Counted from the stretch's first letter, positions 1 to 13,807 are shown. The stretch is DNA of 64,000 nucleotides from Octopus vulgaris (GCA_951406725.2 OX597814.1:101494001-101558000); one strand, 5' to 3'. The notes: generated from the letters alone by a model not told the origin. A program made the numbers and translations.

Positions 1-298
1 CGTCATATATTTTCTATTTTTCTCTGACACAAAATATGAATGAGAAAGGAAGGGGTAAAAAAAAATCAGCATTTCAACTCTGTTTGAGTATATGTGTGTA
101 TGTGTGTGCATGTACAAGGCAAGTATGTGAATGTTTGTATCTGTGATTATTGTGTAACTTATTTTATACCTTATTTGTATATAAAATATTACAAGTAGCC
201 GTCGTTTTTGACGGCACAGGGTCAGCTAGTCATAATAATAATCATTTCCATTAGAAGTACAAGTCTTGAACTGTTTTTTTTTCTTTTTGTGGGCGGTG

Positions 299-690
299 AT
301 AAGTCGATGGCATCGACCCCAGTGTTCCAGTGGTACTTATTGACCCTAAAAATATGAAATGCAAAGGCGATCTTGGCAGAATTTGAACTCATAACATAAA
401 TGCGGACGAATTGCCACTCAGCATTTTATCCGCCGTGCTAATGATTCTGCCATCTCGCCACCTTAATCTTCATAATAATGGTTTCAAATTTTGGCACAAG
501 GCCAGCAATTTCGGGAGAAGGTAAGTCGATTACATCGGCTCCTGTGACCAATCGATACTTATTTTATCAACCCCCATATAGGATGAAAGGAAAAGTCAAC
601 CTCGGAAGAATTTGAACTCAGTACTGAAAACCGGACAAAATGCTGCTAACCATTTTGTCCGACGTGCTAGCGATTCTGCCAGCTCACCGC
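299..690 (-). mobile_element. Two degenerate copies of tRNA-derived SINE family A
   Basis: Reverse complement of the cleaner copy at 12662-12891 (shared atcgaccccagtg...ggtacttatt...gaatttgaactca...gattctgccagctc). Confidence 0.8.
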
Positions 691-1188
691 TATACTCATC
701 ATTTGGGGCGGGGTAATGTAAATGTGAATTTACTTAACTTGGCTTTATTAAAGTAAATTATTTTCAACCTGACAATTGAAAGGAGGTCACGAAGTTGAGC
801 TTCTAAGAGATTGCATCTTGTTCAATAGCACTCAGCAACGCTTCACGAAGTTTCAAGTTCCAATTAAGAAAATGCTGCAATTTTAAGTAATAACACTGTG
901 GATGGGTCGTTGCACACATATTAATCATATTCCGTCCATCTCAATTTCAAATTCACGACGTACAAAATACTTAAACCACATGTTAAATTCCTTCTCCTTT
1001 CTCTCACTCACACACGCTCTCTCACTCTCACTCTTTCTTTGTCTCTGTCTCCTTTTCTTTCTCTTTCTTTGTCTCTTTATATATTTATATATATATATAT
1101 ATATAAACTCTCTCCATATATGCTTTCTGTGGTTTGTTTAGTTTTAAAATAGTTCCTCCTAAATCAATATAACAAAGGAGTAGGACTT

Positions 1189-1194
<6 letters not shown>

Positions 1195-1246
<52 letters not shown>

Positions 1247-1399
1247 CATACATATATACATACATATGCATGCATACATGCATACATACATACATACATA
1301 CATACATACATACATACATACAGGGTGACCATTATAAAATATAAGTTTGCAATAGTTTATTGATTTTTCGGCTACCCTGAATACATATATATATATATG

Positions 1400-1463
<64 letters not shown>

Positions 1464-1473
1464 TGTGTTTGTG

Positions 1474-1525
<52 letters not shown>
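1195..1525. repeat. Compound (AT)n/(TACA)n/(GA)n microsatellites, representative of dozens of (AT)n, (GT)n, (GATA)n and (TAA)n tracts across the window
   Basis: Directly visible; these tracts account for nearly all IY/CV/HT-repeat ORFs in the track. Confidence 0.98.
1321..1379. mobile_element. Possible tiny Tc1/mariner-like MITE remnant
   Basis: ta-cagggtgacc ... ggctaccctg imperfect terminal inverted repeat inside microsatellite; CAGGGTG ends are typical of mariner-type elements. Confidence 0.3.
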
Positions 1526-1529
<4 letters not shown>

Positions 1530-1567
1530 TGAATAGATAGATAGCTAGATATACATACCTGGCACTG

Positions 1568-2160
1568 AATGAAACCGCGCTTGCGCGGTGAATTTGGAAA
1601 AATCATAATACATAAGGATGAGACGAGCGTTATTCTGTCTCTAAATTATATCTTAATGATTTGGCGTAGCCACTATTGACAATTTCACCTAGCAAATTAT
1701 TTTATTTACTAATTAGAGTTCGAAACCTAGATATGGCTTTAAAAAAAAAACAAGGTAAAAGTTTTTGTTTTTCATTCCCTTCGAAATTGCTCTTAAATGT
1801 GGTTTTGTTCGTTTTGACTGCTACTTTTAGCTTGTAACGCTGACTGTTAAGGGTCGACTCTATTGTGTTTAATATACACTAATTTTATATGGAAAACATG
1901 TTGTCTATTGACTTTTTATACATGCTAGGCCACTGGTAGTGAAATTTCTAAAATTTCACTATCCTATATTTTATGAATATGATTTTAGTGATTTCGGAAG
2001 TTAATTAAGCATTTTTTGTGTCTATTCACTACCGATTGAAACCGCGTTTGCGCGTCAAATTTTTAAAATTATAGTATATGAGACATATGTTATTCTGTCT
2101 CTAAATTTTATTTTAATGTTTTGGCGTAGCCACTGATGAGAACTTCGCTTAGGAAAATAT
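1568..2160 (+). repeat. Diverged direct repeat of ~130 bp (1568-1700 and 2035-2160)
   Basis: Both copies read tgaaaccgcg(c/t)ttgcgcg...gttattctgtctctaaatt...ttggcgtagcc. Confidence 0.7.
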
Positions 2161-2200
2161 TTTTTCGATCAATTATTTGCATATATATATATATATATAT

Positions 2201-2530
2201 GAAGGCGCATGGCTCAGTGGTTAGAGCGTTGAGCTTACGATCGTGAGGTTGTGAGCTCGAATCCCGGACCGGGCTGCGTGTTGTGTTCTTGAGCAAGGCA
2301 CTTTATTTCACGTTGCTCCAGTTCACTCAGCTGTAGAAATGAGTTGCGACGTCACTGGTGCCAAGCTGTATCGACCTTTGTCTTTCCCTTGGATAACACT
2401 GGTGGTGTGGAGAGGGGAGGCTGGTATGCATGGGCGACTGCTGGTCTTCCATAAACAACCTTGCCCGGACTTGTGTCTAGGAGGGTAACTTTCTAGGTGC
2501 AATCCCATGGTCATTCATGACCGAAGGGCG
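2201..2530 (+). mobile_element. tRNA-derived SINE family B, full length
   Basis: A box tggctcagtgg, B-box-like gctcgaatcc, body gtgttcttgagcaaggcacttt...cactcagctgt; closely similar copy at 53780-54115; starts directly after (AT)n. Confidence 0.85.
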
Positions 2531-2753
2531 TCTAAAAATAAAAAAAATAAAAAAATAAAAATATATACGTATGTATGTATATATTATAGGCATATGAATG
2601 ATTGGATATATATACATATATACAATATCAATGCTAAGTTAGATATATATATATATGCATGTAGATATATAGTGCGAACATATACATGCACACACCCACA
2701 CACATGCATATCTATGTATGCAAATATCTTGATGTATTAGTATATATATATAT

Positions 2754-2801
<48 letters not shown>

Positions 2802-5099
2802 CACAGAGGCATAAATTTATATATATATGCTTGATAAATGATATCAGATTTACAATCTGTTTAGACGAACCAGATTCAGAAACTCTTAGGGCTTGTGAGA
2901 AGGGATTAGTTAAATAGGGTTTAAGTAATCGACTCACTCAATCACTGACAATATTTCTAATCTACTTAAAAACTCAAAAACCACTGTGTAATTTGCTACT
3001 GAAATCAAAATATATGTATACATTTAAAAATATTTTTGAATTAATAATTTGTAAACAAGGTCACTTTTGTAAATGTGCTGGATGTTTTGAGATGTGGGGA
3101 GTTAATCTGGTTCTTTCCAGAGAGGCAAAATTTATATCTTAGTATTAACTGGAATTCGATTAATTAGTTGCAGAGAACCAGTTTACCCTTTATTTCCGTG
3201 GATTTCTTCTAGAGTTCCAGTATTTGAAAGGTTATTGTGGTTGTTTAGCTTCAGTTTATAAGATCCGACTGACAAAATTTAAGATCAAAAGTTCTCAGCC
3301 GTGAATTTTTATATCGAGAACTGAATTATCCAAAGTGTTTTTGCTTTTTAAGAGTAAGATTTCAATGAGTGTCTTTAGGCTCTTTTAGGATCTATTTCTA
3401 GCAAATAAAACAATTACGTCCAGGTTCTTTTGTTGGCTTGCAATGACCACGGATTTACGAGTGGACGAAAATGTGCGCCTTCGTCTTGATCTTCTCATTC
3501 ATTCTAAATATGCTTCTCTACTGGTTTAACACTCCACACATATATATTTGAAGGTTTAGTTACTTTATTCTTGATAGGATAAAAAAAATGACCTAATTAT
3601 GAATTTTAAAGAGCTACAAGTTAATGTCACAGTGACTGCAAATATAACGGTAGTTAATTTATAATTTATTAGCTCTCGACACTTGTAAATATAAATCATG
3701 CAGAAAACATAACTAAAAGCAAATTTTTATCCACAAAATTCAAATCGTATTCAAATTATTTTAAGAACCTTGTCAACCATATTAGTGGTGGATCTCTAGT
3801 GTGACAATGAAGCAACTTTTGATTAGCTTGCAAGCTGCTATAACAAAGTGCCTGTGCTTCTATAATAAAGTCCTCGTGAATAGTAGACATAGAGGGGAAA
3901 TAATTTTACACCAAACCCTGGAATCCTGAAATGCATCAAGTTTATCAAACCCAAAACATTAAAAAAGAATATTCAACTGCAAAGTTGTCTTTGTCAACCT
4001 TACAATATCCTAAAAGCTAAATCAAATATTGCCGAAGCTTTTAAAATCTGATTTGGAAACATTTCCCCTACGAGATTCAAAGATTTTAACAGGTAAATCT
4101 TAAATATAAGCTATCAAATAGGCCAAAGAAACTGAAAACATTTTTGTTGAGTTATATTATACTTTCGCGACCCAGGTTCATAAGCCTAATCCGTAATTTA
4201 TGAATCTACGGTTTTGTAACTCAGTCGTACACGAATCCAGAAATCATAGACTGGAATGTGTAATAAGGGTTTCAAGAGTTGTTTTTTCTTTTTCTCTTTC
4301 GTTTATAAACCAAAAATCCAATTACCAACATGCAGACAACACGAACACCACAGCATCAATCCGAATGTCGTATTGACAATTATGTGCAAATTATTGTAGC
4401 CTATGCATTTACGAGAAGTAAATATCACTCAAAGCTATAGAAAACATGCATCAGAATGTTTTTTACTTCTTTGTTACCTATTTAATTAAAGACATGCCAG
4501 CGTAAATCACGAGTTTCCCATTGTTATTCTGTTCATTTTCTTCTCATATATAACTTAAACTCCGGTTTACCAACCGAACCACTTGCTACCGTACAACCTT
4601 ACAAGCAACATACAATACAAGAAATAATACAACAGAAGACTCAAACCAAACCCCATAACAAAACATATTGATACAATACAATATTCCACCCCACCACCCC
4701 CCAAAAATGCAGCACACACCACCCTACCAGCACAAGGGTGCAACAAATGATGCAATAGAAAGTTGCTTGAAACCCTAAGATGTCGAAAAATTATGGTGAT
4801 GACGATGGTAACGAAAGTAACCCTACCTCAGTTTATGGGAGACAGGAGTTTCCGAAGAAACTCTGGCTGTAACAGGGAAAATGAAGCTGGACTGTTATGT
4901 GAAGGCCTCTTGCCCGGCAGTGGTTCAGTAAAGATGCAGACTGACCACAGTTATCCTAATACAGCATCAATAGATAATAGAGTAAGGAGGAGGAAGTGAC
5001 CAGCGAAGAAAACAGGATAGTGAAGTAGTGCTACTTAGAAAGTGAACCTAAAAGGGGCAATAGAAAACGGATGTTAACACTTTAGGTAGAGAAGGGTAT

Positions 5100-5103
5100 G
5101 TAT

Positions 5104-5144
<41 letters not shown>

Positions 5145-5191
5145 CAACAACAACAACAACAGCAATAATAATAATAATAATAGTAGTAGTA

Positions 5192-5242
<51 letters not shown>

Positions 5243-5266
5243 GTAGTAGTAGTAGTAGTAGTAGTA

Positions 5267-5308
<42 letters not shown>
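5100..5308. repeat. (TAA)n/(CAA)n/(TAG)n compound trinucleotide array
   Basis: Directly visible. Confidence 0.98.
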
Positions 5309-5848
5309 GGCAGTGGCTCTCATGGCTTCTGATCTTAACTGATTGTAAGTGTTATCATGTACATTGTTTTGTCTTGGTATAAAAGATGGGCTACAGCAAA
5401 TATTCTGCTCAATACCACAGATTTGCTTGTCAGTTGTTTGACCTTAACCAGTTGAGCATGTCCCTTAGTGGCTGACGATATGTGCATCTCTGATCACGAG
5501 CAGAAGTAGTGGGGGAGCATCATAGCCATGTGTTGAGAGGGATTCTTTGGGGTTTGAATAATTCACCTCTGGAAACATGGGTGGTTCTTTCAACATCCTT
5601 AAACAACCCTTATTCAGGGACCTTTTGAGCGGGATGGGCTACTCAACCTGAAGAAAATTCTAACTGGGCCCCACCTGCAAGGTCATGTGCTGTTTATCTT
5701 GATATGAGATCACCATGTCGCGCACATATGGTTGTGATGCATGTGCCTGGTGTACCTTTATCAGACGGGTAGTCATGATGGGTATATTGGGCTTCGTATA
5801 TTTTACCCCAGTGTCACTTTGATGGCATGCACTGCTCTCTCACTCAAT
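5308..5848 (+). mobile_element. Unclassified ~540-bp non-coding insert in (TAA)n, probably a non-autonomous element or the 3' UTR of a TAA-targeting retroelement
   Basis: More GC-rich than flanks, sharply bounded by (TAA)n on both sides, no convincing ORF, abuts R4/Dong-like fragments. Confidence 0.45.
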
Positions 5849-5862
5849 AATAATAATAATAA

Positions 5863-6520
5863 CCAAGACATGACAGAGTCGGCCAGTAGTATTTACATTG
5901 GACAATATGTCGGCATTATAAAATCAAAACCGCTGACAAATGGTATAAACATCATCCTGAAGCGGTGACTGAGGGAGAAAATGTGTCGATTCGATGGGAC
6001 TTCCCCGCGCAGACCGACAGGACTATACAAGCTAATAAACCGGATATCATTATAAAAGATCAGACAAAAAAGATGCGCTTATTAATTGACATGAGTATTC
6101 CCTGTGATCACAATATAGCGGCGAAAGAATTTGACAAGATTAGTAAATATAAAGACCTGCTAATGGAAATTGAAAAATATGGCATCTCAAGGCGACTACA
6201 GTACCAGTGATTGTAGGATCTCTAGGAATGATTTTAAAAAAGTACTGAAACCTATTTGAAAATGATTCCAGGCTTACCATCCCTACAGGAAGTGCAAAAA
6301 ATCGTATTAACTGGAACGGCTCATGTACTGAGAAGAGCACTATCGCTGTGAAAATAACATCCATCCATGAATTTATTTATTTATTAATTTTTAAATACAT
6401 ATTTTATCTTTGAATTTGTGCGTGTAATCTGGGAATGCATATAATGCCCTTCTCTGCCCTAGGTGTATGGAAAACACTCGGCGAGAAACGGAAGAAAATT
6501 TGAATAAAGAAGGAAAAAGC
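5863..6520 (+). mobile_element. 5'-truncated non-LTR retrotransposon with restriction-like endonuclease (R4/Dong-like), frameshifted
   Basis: Across frames: RHDRVGQ..HW..C, WDF..QTDRTIQANKPDIIIKD..LIDMSIP..KISKYKDL, VPVIVGSLG..QKIVLTGTAHVLRRAL* (stop 6349-6351); short 3' UTR then (TAA)n. Confidence 0.85.
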
Positions 6521-6531
6521 ATAATAATAAT

Positions 6532-6588
<57 letters not shown>

Positions 6589-6940
6589 TCGCACAAGAGA
6601 CAAAGAACTAGAAAAGATTGAAAAGTACAGACTAGTAAAAGACGAAATTGCCAGAATGTGGACTATGAGGAGAGTGTCTGTCATTCCAGTTGCTGTTGGG
6701 GCACTCGGAGCATTAACAACCAAGTTCGAGAACTATGTTAGAGAAATTGGAATTAACATGAGAGCAGAGCAAGCCCCAAAAGCTGCTCTGCTAGGGATAG
6801 CTAGGATTTTGAGATTGGTACTTAGATGGTGAATGTCTTGTACGACAATTAACAACCAAGTATCAAAGTTAATAATGTGCGGATAGAGACCCTGTGACTT
6901 CTGACAGCAGGTTGCTGCCCACTCTCTGAGAAGTAAAACA
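6589..6940 (+). mobile_element. Second R4/Dong-like 3' fragment (different subfamily)
   Basis: KELEKIEKYRLVKDEIARMW..VSVIPVAVGALG..KAALLGIARILRLVL, stop 6832; (TAA)n on both sides. Confidence 0.85.
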
Positions 6941-6969
6941 ATAACAATAATAATAATAAATTAACAACA

Positions 6970-7635
6970 CAACTGAGAACGACAAATGCAGAATATGTCA
7001 TGAAGGGGATGGAACAGTATGGCACGTCTTTAGCTAATGCCCAAAATTGGAAACGCGATTACTAAAGACATAAAAAGGTGGCTAGAATGAAATCACGGCT
7101 TACAAAGAGCAAAGATGTGATATGACCAAATCCCAGAAGGAGTTACCGAGAATGCAAAATCTTGTGGGGTACAATGATTCAGTGTGACCATCGAATCAGA
7201 CATCGGAAACCTGACATTGTTGTAGTGAACAAAAAGAGATAAAAAAAACTTGCATGATAATCGACAAAGTATAATTGACAAAGTATAATTGACAACAGGA
7301 TCAAAGAGAAAGAAAAAGAAAAACTGAACAACTATGACGATTTCAAGTGGGAAATGCACAGGTCGTGAGCAATGAAGAGAGTGTACATGATGTCAGTAGT
7401 AATTGGTGCGCTTGGAAATATCAGTAATTAACTACCAGCATGGCTCAAAAAGAAAATTGGTACAAATGTAAAGATAAGAACATCTTCAAAAATCATCATT
7501 GCTTAGAACTGCAAGAATTTTCCACAGAGTTCATGAAGCATGATAAGTAAACAACTGTCATCTCAGACTGCTGGTTATAGACAGCTGACACTTTCCATCA
7601 TACCCAGCAAAAATAAGCAGTGAGTTTTTTATTAA
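6970..7635 (+). mobile_element. Third R4/Dong-like 3' fragment, more decayed
   Basis: IPEGVTEN..IQCDH..HRKPDIVVV..VVIGALG..SSLLRTARIFHRV recognisable through frameshifts; followed by (TAA)n. Confidence 0.75.
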
Positions 7636-7652
7636 AAAATAATAATAATAAC

Positions 7653-7696
<44 letters not shown>

Positions 7697-7846
7697 ATAT
7701 ATGTGAGTATGCGTATCAGTGTATGCAGTTTCGTCCGGAATAGAACATCGAATTTTAAGGAGTGTGTTGCTACAGTTTTTTAACAACCACTTGCAAAAGT
7801 TGCCAAGTTGCTGTCTGTCACAAATGAAAAAATATATCTTCATGCT

Positions 7847-7974
<128 letters not shown>

Positions 7975-8152
7975 TATTAATATATGTATATACATACGCT
8001 TTTTTGCTCCTTCGTATGAAAATAATCAATTCTAAGAACGTAATATGATACTGTATTATCAAATGATTTTGTTATGGTTAGTTTACATTACACATTGCCA
8101 CTTTTAAATGTAAGTTTATTTTTTACAGATTTCTGCTGTTTGTTTATTTTAC

Positions 8153-8218
<66 letters not shown>

Positions 8219-8549
8219 TATTATTATTATTGTTATTATTATCAGTAGTAGTAGTAGAAGTACTACTAGTTACATTTATTTATTTATATATTTATATATT
8301 GCTCTAATGTAATGTCTTACAACATATACATCTTGCGTTGCATTTTCAAACTCGATTTTTAACTACTTATATTTTTTCATTTTATTCCATAAATTCGTTA
8401 TATATAAATATATATATTATGCGTGTGTGTGAGAGAGAGTGCATGTGTGTGTGTGTTGTGTGTTATGTATATATGAATTCATTGCATATATAGTTACACC
8501 AAGACACATTTCCACATATACAGACATACGGCAGTACGTACATTGATAC

Positions 8550-8613
<64 letters not shown>

Positions 8614-9179
8614 TTGTAGGAGGGTGTCCGTTTATATCTGTGTGCATATAAAAATATTTATCAATGTATACTTTAGATACGTAAATATATAATCCACAAA
8701 TGTACAGAAATTTAGGTTTAAATATTCTCTAATGTGCACAGTTGTATGTGTAACGCATAGGATATTTGCATCCGCTTGTCCATTCAAATTTTTTAATGTA
8801 AACAATCAGATAAATTTTGCTGAATACTTCATGACTTACTTCTGAACGCTGAAAGACTATATTCCAACAAAAAAATAAGTTTGTCCTTAACCCATTTTTC
8901 GATATGTAATTGAAAAACGTTTCACCATGTTGTCCAGATGTGTTCCAGATATGGCCAAAGAAACCTGGTGAGTATTCTAATTAGTATGTAATTCTAATGA
9001 CTGGCGTGTGTTTGTGCGTTTGTTCTTGTGTGTCTGTGCGTGCCTTTGGATTAACTCCCACCAGGCATTAATTTTTGCTTCTAAATTAAAGGACATTGTA
9101 GAAGAAGCGTTCAATTCCTTGTGAAATGAATGCAAGGTTATGGAGCAGCAATTAATTCATTGTTACATTACATATTAAA

Positions 9180-9700
9180 GCGGCGAGCTGGTTGAATCGT
9201 TAGCAGGCCGGGCGAAATGCTTCGCTGTATTTCGTCTGTCTTTATATTCTGAGTTCAAATTTTGCCGAGGTCGACTTTTCCTGTCATCCTGTCGGGGTCG
9301 ATAAATTGAGTACCAGTTATGTACTGAGATTGAACGAATCAACTGGCTACCACTCCCAAAATTTCAGGCCTTGTACCTATAGTAGAAAGGATAAAATAAG
9401 TACCTGTTGTACACTGGGGTCGATGTAATCGATTTAGCTCGTCCTCCCCCCCCCCCAGAAAATGTAAGGCTTATTACATTATATATTAAGGTAGCAAGCT
9501 GGCACAATCATTAGCGCGTTTATCGACAATATGCTTAGTAGCATTTCTTCCGGATATTTATGCTCCGAGCTCAAATTCTGCTGAGATCCACTTTGCCTCT
9601 CATCCTTTTGGGGTCTGGAAAATAAGTAATTACCGAACACTGTGTTCGATGTATTCGACTACTATCCCTCCCTCAAAATATCGTGTCTTGAGTCTATAGC
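9180..9700 (+). mobile_element. Two to three SINE family A copies
   Basis: gcggcgagctgg..ttagca..gggcgaaatgc..gagttcaaat..gaggtcgactt..catcct..ggggtcgataaa. Confidence 0.8.
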
Positions 9701-9825
9701 GTAAAGAATTATTAATTAATATAAGTAAAACTGAGAATATGAGGTACTAGCAATGGTCTTTGCGTTACATTTATTAACACCGACATAACTATTGCTATTC
9801 ATGTGGATCCCTCCCACTCTGTCTA

Positions 9826-9867
<42 letters not shown>

Positions 9868-10282
9868 CCGCTTTGTCTGTCTCTCTCGTCTTCCCTCCCT
9901 CTCTTTCTCTTTTTCTCTCTCAATGATTTCTTACTATTTTAATAAGCTGAGACCTTAGCCCTTTTGTTAAAGCAATCTCATTCCAGTTAAAATGAGATTG
10001 CTTGAGAACAGATTCACGTACCTCTTCCATAGAATAGCAGCTTCTCTTCCCCAATATATATAGCGTGGTTTTAATACTTTAAAATATAATTCTATGAGAT
10101 TAATAGGTAACATTCATAGTCATTACTTCTAGAAAGCAAAACCAAATGGGAGTGGGTTGGCAAGAAGAATAAGGTATCGCTTCGAATTCATTATAGTAAT
10201 TGGCTTTCATTCTCAAAATGGTGAGTTCAAATTTCCGTTATGGTTGATTTTGCATTTCATTCTGCAGGGACTATAATATATA

Positions 10283-10447
10283 CTCTTTTACTTGTTTCAG
10301 TCATTTGACTGTGGCCATGCTGGAGCACCGCCTTTAGTCGAGCAAATCGAACCCAGCACTTATTCTTTGTAAGCCTAGTACTTATTCTATCGGTCTATTT
10401 TGCCGAACCGCTAAGTTATGGTGACGTAAACACACCAGCATCGGTTG
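10283..10447 (-). mobile_element. 3' half of SINE family D
   Basis: Reverse complement of the 3' part of 60675-61135 (gactaaaggcggtgctccagcatggcc..gtcaaatgactgaaacaagtaaaagag). Confidence 0.85.
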
Positions 10448-10489
10448 ATGAAAAAATACCGTATTTTTTCATAACGTTTTCAAATAGCC

Positions 10490-10552
10490 AGATAACCGAA
10501 GAGATGGTGTTGTGGATTTCCACTTCGGCATCTGAAACTCAGAGTTTTATCT
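10490..10552 (+). ncRNA. Candidate type I hammerhead ribozyme (isolated, possibly decayed)
   Basis: Stem I agataa/ttatct; core CCGAAGA; long imperfect stem II gatg..gtgga-tt-tccac..catc; GAAA; near-palindromic stem III actc-a-gagt; GUU triplet. Confidence 0.5.
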
Positions 10553-10581
10553 TGACTACCGAGTAATGTAACATATTGTAT

Positions 10582-10629
<48 letters not shown>

Positions 10630-10632
10630 GTG

Positions 10633-10679
<47 letters not shown>

Positions 10680-10711
10680 TGCTTCCACGCAGTTTCTATC
10701 TACCAAATCCA

Positions 10712-10749
<38 letters not shown>

Positions 10750-10805
10750 CATACATATATATATGTATACATATATATACATATGTATATGTATATGTAT
10801 GTATA

Positions 10806-10856
<51 letters not shown>

Positions 10857-10887
10857 GTATATATGTATATATGTATATATATATATA

Positions 10888-10958
<71 letters not shown>

Positions 10959-11978
10959 AGGCGCAATGGCCCAGTGGTTAGGGCAGCGGACTCGTGGTCG
11001 TAGGATCGCGGTTTGAATTGTTGGTTATATGCTCTCTACGTTAGATGCGTTAATACTTCCTGAAGAAGTGTTACTTTTGCTGAGGCTGTCTCTGGATTGT
11101 TTCGTATTTAGATTGGTGTCTTACGGTTAAGGTTTCAAATACCAACGTTCATCTATAATGGTGTATATTTAATCGTTATTGCGGTATTTCTTTGATCAAG
11201 ACGTGCATTAAATTAAAGTTCGAAGCAACGATAATTATTTTCCCTCGTGTTGGTGACTAGTTTAATATGCTTTAGTTTCATATTCACTTAAATTGCTTTG
11301 GTGATGTCTCCTCATTGTCGTCTTCAGTTTAGCGTTAACAATAATCCATCCCACGGGATAATTTTATTATGTTGATTAGTGAGTTTTTTTGTTCTCTCTC
11401 TCTCTCTCTCTCTCTCACTCACTCTCCCCCCTCTCTCTCTCTCTCTTGGCACCAGGCCAATGTTTTCTAAATAGAAGGTTATATTTTAAAACGACTATAG
11501 AATTGGTTCTCCTTTTTTATTGACTTCAGCATCAAAGGCAAAAATGACGCCGGTGAGATTTCAACGTTGAGTATTAAGAAATTGGACGAAGCACCTTAAA
11601 GCAATTAATTCAGAAATATACTTGCTGTCGTGTGCCTCTTCTCTGCGCTACAAGTTATATGCAAATGATGTCTGAAGGCGGGTGGAGGGAGTGAGCTAAT
11701 ACGTACGGTACATACATTCGATCGTTATGAACAAGTCATTTGTGCAGGTTGTTCGACAAAAGCTGAACAGTCATACGTCGTCTTTGACGGGAGAGTCCAT
11801 CTTATAATATATATGTTCCATTTGAAAACCCCACTAGAATGGGAGAAAGCGCTAATACATGATCTAAGTTATATGATGTATAAAAACATGAAATATACAA
11901 ATTAATATCTGTAAATATAAAACCATCCGAATTTCTGAGTACCTCATTTCTTCTAATATATATATATATATATATATA

Positions 11979-12051
<73 letters not shown>

Positions 12052-12062
12052 GTGTACGTATG

Positions 12063-12135
<73 letters not shown>

Positions 12136-12661
12136 GGATGGATGGATGGATGGATGGATGGATGGATGGATGAATGGATAGATTGCCTGATTGATTGATT
12201 TATCGTTACTTTTTTTAACCCTTTGCAAGTCCAAAGCATACGTTTGTGCTAAACGTCTATGTTATAATTCAGATCCTTGTCACCCCTTCTTTCATACGTT
12301 CTGAGTAATATAAAGTTTTCTTTTCGTAAATTTGAAGTTACTCTGAGAGCTGAAAAGAAATTAGGAATGTGTATCATATATGATTAAAGGACCCCAGGGA
12401 AATATGTATTGTGTATTACATGCGATATTGAGGACAGACAAAGGGCTAAGAAGTTATGTTACATAGCATTCTAATCATAAATCCATTATGTCAGAAGGAA
12501 GCTGGCGAATACTTCACCTTCTTTGGTTATGTCTTCAGCAGAGATATAGCTCAGTACCTGTAATAGTAAACAGTAAACAAACTAGACCCTTTAACTGGTA
12601 GTTCTGTTCTATTGCATCACCTAGTCGACGCTTTTATTACCGTATACGTTTGCATTAATTA

Positions 12662-12891
12662 GGGCGGCGAGCTGGCAGAAACGTTAGCACGCCGGGCGAA
12701 ATGCTTAGCAGTATTTCGTCTGCCGCTACGTTCTGAGTTCAAATTCCGCCGAGGTCGACTTTGCCTTTCATCCTTTCGGGGTCGAGTAAATAAGTACCAG
12801 TTACGCACTGGGGTCGATGTAATCGACTTAATCCGTTTGTCTATCCTTGTTTGTCTTCTCTGTGTTTAGCCCCTTGTGGGTAGTAAAGAAA
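12662..12891 (+). mobile_element. SINE family A, well-preserved copy
   Basis: tRNA-like head (agctggcagaa..gagttcaaattcc), conserved body gcctttcatcctttcggggtcga..aagtaccag; more than 10 related copies in the window. Confidence 0.88.
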
Positions 12892-13697
12892 TGTATACGT
12901 TTGCATTAATAAATAAAAATGTAACTAAATTATCAGTAAAAACCATTTGATGGTGTATATCTTATTCCCTATTGCAACTAATCGACTTACACTCGGTTTA
13001 TTTACGTTCAGCAGTAAATCTAAAACCTTGCGCAATATGAGAGAAATCAATATATAAAATTGAGACCATACTTATGAGATACATTATGTTGAAGAATAGA
13101 ATGCAGTTCTTAGAAAAAATTAACAATTTATTGTTTATTTTTCAGTCAACTCCGGAAAGAGCCAGCACTGGCATATAGAAATAGATTCAAAATGCCGAGA
13201 GAAGGATTGATTTGTTCTCTCCGGTGAAATTAATTCCTATGTGTCGAGAAGAAAACAGCTGCTACGCATTGGCCGACGTTTTGAATTAGGATGTTGTTTG
13301 TGGTAGCGATAGTGGTGAATATTGTGCAAAGAGACGGTGTGACTGTGGCGGCAGAGGCGGCGCTAGAGAAAAAATACCAAGTAAAGAAAAGATAAAAAAG
13401 TGATATAACAAAGACTTTTTTAGCTGCTTGACACACACTGAGCAGTAACTTTGAAAAAATGTCAAATTTAGGAAAAGGAAAGCAGATGAATTCTTTTAAT
13501 TTATCTGAAATCAATAATTAAAGATTGAACAAGAAAGACAGAGACGAAGCAAAGATGTGAATGGGATGTGGGTGTAGCAAAGAGATATTAGTTAGAAAAA
13601 GATATAACACGCAACATCAACAGACTGTGAAGCATCAAGGATACAAAGAAACATTGAAAGTTATAGTCAGTATAGATTCAACATTTGAAAGAAAGAG

Positions 13698-13807
13698 TTA
13701 GACTTTGGTAGTGCCAAACCCATTGTCAGCTGTTTTCTTGTTAGCCATTGATGTATGGGACACTTCAGTTTTTGCACCGGAAGTTAAATTTAATCCCTGT
13801 TTTGTTA
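13698..13807 (-). CDS. Putative terminal coding exon of an unidentified host gene (..TKQGLNLTSGAKTEVSHTSMANKKTADNGFGTTKV*)
   Basis: Minus-strand pyrimidine-rich acceptor (ttctttaatttgtcactttccgtag), open frame of non-repetitive composition ending TAA, then ~570 nt of unique sequence and two AATAAA signals near 13125-13140. Confidence 0.45.

Noticed and set aside
2203-2275. tRNA genes at SINE heads (also 10957, 24375, 53782)
   Set aside because: A/B boxes are present but there is no complete cloverleaf, and each runs into SINE body or is truncated.
9970-10003. 13-bp perfect hairpin aagcaatctcatt/aatgagattgctt
   Set aside because: Too short and isolated to assign a function in a palindrome-rich window.
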